A stretch of 47,946 bases of DNA from a virus (taxonomy: Duplodnaviria > Heunggongvirae > Uroviricota > Caudoviricetes): the IMG/VR virus record IMGVR_UViG_2681813146_000002, one strand, 5' to 3'. The position numbers were made by a program, and so were the translations under genes. The notes beneath the pieces were generated by a model. That model saw only the letters and a list, made by a program, of their open reading frames with translations. It had not been told where the DNA came from and ran no database searches. Below are positions 46,141 to 47,946 of this stretch, piece by piece. The first letter of the stretch is position 1, and every line of letters starts with the position of its first letter.

Positions 46141-46484
46141 TGAACTCCTTCAAAGAGGTTATAGCGCAAGATATTTCTGCAATATTCCTCAATGAAAAAG
46201 AGTTTGCCGATACATATAACATAGACGGCAAGGATATCCTTGCCGTTATTGATACAGACCTTATTCATGAGCGTAATAAACGCTCATATGCTGAGTTTGC
46301 AGAGGGAATAAATCAGGGGCAAATAATATTATTTGTTTCAAGAAAAGATTTTCCTGTTCTCCCTGTCAAAGACCAGTCAATGAAAATCAACGGTAAAAAT
46401 TATATTGTTGATGAAGTATCAGATAATGTTGGTGTATTGGAAATAACTCTCACTGTTAATACTAACAGAGGAATGCCGATTTGA
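46140..46484 (+). CDS. Head-tail connector/completion protein, family uncertain
   Basis: 114-aa ORF between head and tail modules. Confidence 0.35.
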   Translation: MNSFKEVIAQDISAIFLNEKEFADTYNIDGKDILAVIDTDLIHERNKRSYAEFAEGINQGQIILFVSRKDFPVLPVKDQSMKINGKNYIVDEVSDNVGVLEITLTVNTNRGMPI

Positions 46485-46966
46485 TTAATCTTTTGATAGA
46501 TGCAATAAAAAATCGGTTGGAACATGAGGTTTTCCATGATTTATTAGTGCAGGGGCCTCCTTATGATGAAACAGACAGCGATATTAAATTGTTTGTTCCA
46601 ACAATATTTAAAGGGTACTTGCCTCCTAAATCACAACCATCTCCAGATAAACCGCCAGAATTTCCTCATGTGATTATCAGACCCACGGAAGGAGGAATGC
46701 AGCCTGAAACGGATGAAGTTAAGGTTAAGTTTCTTCTAGGTGGTTTTTGTGAGGACCATACTGGATATGAATGGGTAATGGCTCTTCTTGAAAGGATGAT
46801 GTTTCATTTTCAGGAGAAGCCTTTACTTGAAGAGAAATTTCTCTTTCAGGGTGATATCAGATGGCGAATGTTTGATGATCAACCATATCCATATTGGATA
46901 ACGGAAGCAACTGGAACGTGGCTAGTATTAAAGCCTCAGAATATTCAGTCTCAGGAGTTTATCTAA
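46481..46966 (+). CDS. Head-tail connector/completion protein, family uncertain
   Basis: 161-aa coupled ORF. Confidence 0.35.
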   Translation: MINLLIDAIKNRLEHEVFHDLLVQGPPYDETDSDIKLFVPTIFKGYLPPKSQPSPDKPPEFPHVIIRPTEGGMQPETDEVKVKFLLGGFCEDHTGYEWVMALLERMMFHFQEKPLLEEKFLFQGDIRWRMFDDQPYPYWITEATGTWLVLKPQNIQSQEFI

Positions 46967-47257
46967 ATGGCTATTAAGAAAAGTAGTAAAGAAGATATAG
47001 AAAAGAAGGAAGATGTTGCTCAAACATTTGTATATATAGGACCAACAATCCCTCAACTCTCAATTTTGAAGCATAAACTATTTAAGAATGGCTTATCTCC
47101 AGAGTGTAAAAAATTAATATCACATATTCCTGGTGCAAAGTGTTTGTTTGTGGCAACCAGTGATTTTGCAGATGCAGAAAAAAGACTTTCTGATAAAACC
47201 AGTGTCGAGTATGTAATGTACTCTAGAGTTTCTTCTTCTATCATGGAGATTAAATAA
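46967..47257 (+). CDS. Hypothetical protein preceding the sheath gene
   Basis: 96-aa ORF; its stop overlaps the sheath start (TAATG). Confidence 0.35.
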   Translation: MAIKKSSKEDIEKKEDVAQTFVYIGPTIPQLSILKHKLFKNGLSPECKKLISHIPGAKCLFVATSDFADAEKRLSDKTSVEYVMYSRVSSSIMEIK

Positions 47258-47946
47258 TGGGATATCGCCACGGTATTTATATATCTGAGCTGGCTACATC
47301 TATAACTCCTCCAGTACAAGTTAGTGCTGGGTTGATTGTCGCATTTGGTACAGCTCCTGTTAATCAGTTAGAAGATCCAGCCTCAGCAGTAAATAAACCT
47401 ATCATTGCTTATACATACGCAGAGGCCGTATCTAAAATAGGATATAGCACAAACTTCGAGAAATATACTTTAAGCGAAGTAATTAAAGTCGCATTTGGAA
47501 TATATGGTGTTGCGCCAGTTGTATTTATCAATGTGCTTGATCCAGCAAAGCATAAGAAAGACGTAACTGATGAGGTAGTAAAACTTTCTGGCGGGAAAGG
47601 TACGCTCTCTAACGATGGTGTCTTATATAAATCTGTTGTTGTGAAAAAAGCAGATGGTGATTCGCCAGGGTTAACGGTTGATACCGATTATGTGCTGGCG
47701 CTGGATGATAATGGCTATACGGTCATTACCGCTATTAGCGGAGGAAAAATTACCGAAAAAGACGCTACTCTTAAGGTTAGTTATACGCATCTTGATCCCG
47801 GTGCCGTAACTAAAAATGACATTATCGGTGGTGTGGATTCCAACACTAAAGCCAATACAGGGCTTGAGTTACTGTCTGATGTGTATCCCCGCTTCAAGTT
47901 GGTTCCTGGACAAGTGATTGCGCCTGGATTTAGTTCTGATAGTGAA
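47257..47946 (+). CDS. Contractile tail sheath protein, N-terminal part; continues into 1..869
   Basis: ATG 47257 overlaps the upstream stop. The frame is open to the window end and matches the frame of ORF 30..869 through the terminal duplication. Confidence 0.7.
   Translation, partial: MGYRHGIYISELATSITPPVQVSAGLIVAFGTAPVNQLEDPASAVNKPIIAYTYAEAVSKIGYSTNFEKYTLSEVIKVAFGIYGVAPVVFINVLDPAKHKKDVTDEVVKLSGGKGTLSNDGVLYKSVVVKKADGDSPGLTVDTDYVLALDDNGYTVITAISGGKITEKDATLKVSYTHLDPGAVTKNDIIGGVDSNTKANTGLELLSDVYPRFKLVPGQVIAPGFSSDSE
47852..47946. repeat. 95-bp terminal duplication of positions 1..95
   Basis: Exact sequence identity between the window's start and end, lying inside the sheath coding sequence. 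Confidence 0.9.

Noticed and set aside
47852-47946. Terminal repeat as a biological direct terminal repeat or cos end
   Set aside because: The repeat lies inside the sheath coding sequence and exactly restores its frame. It is far more likely an overlap from linearising a circular molecule.
1-47946. CRISPR arrays, integrase/attP, insertion sequences
   Set aside because: No regularly spaced direct repeats were seen, and no recombinase-like or transposase-like ORF is present in either the track or my reading.

Overview
The window looks like one complete, circularly permuted temperate phage-plasmid of about 47,851 bp: positions 47852..47946 repeat positions 1..95, and the tail sheath gene runs across that junction. 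All calls are from reading the sequence and the ORF track by eye; no searches or folding were run, so family names are recollection-based. Plasmid functions: an IncFII-type RepA with CopA/CopT-like leader hairpins and a downstream DnaA box, a ParA(ParF)/ParG-like partition pair, and a HigB/HigA-like toxin-antitoxin pair. Phage functions: a P2/Mu-like contractile tail (sheath, tube, frameshifted chaperone, tape measure, baseplate, two tail fibres plus assembly chaperone), a lambda-like head and packaging module (TerS, TerL, W-like, portal, S49 protease, D-like, E-like capsid), a lysis cassette (two membrane proteins, GH108 endolysin, nested spanins), a CI-like repressor with LexA-type domain divergent from a Cro/YdaS-like gene, a Rha antirepressor, a tRNA with anticodon CAT and an MT-A70 methyltransferase. 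I found no integrase, transposase, CRISPR array or large ATPase/helicase defence gene. I could not pin down a single undescribed system; the strongest unexplained signals are regulatory. First, a near-identical ~118-bp promoter/operator/leader cassette sits in front of three unrelated accessory genes. Second, an AT-rich palindrome (core TTATATAATTATATAA) recurs at seven promoter-proximal loci, including both par promoters. Third, an AACCAC-N5-GTGGTT operator family occurs at the immunity region, the antirepressor operon and just upstream of repA. Fourth, three ParB-N-domain genes (one fused to a SAM methyltransferase) lie next to a GATC-bearing AT-rich region before the terminase. Fifth, there are small membrane peptides absent from the ORF track.
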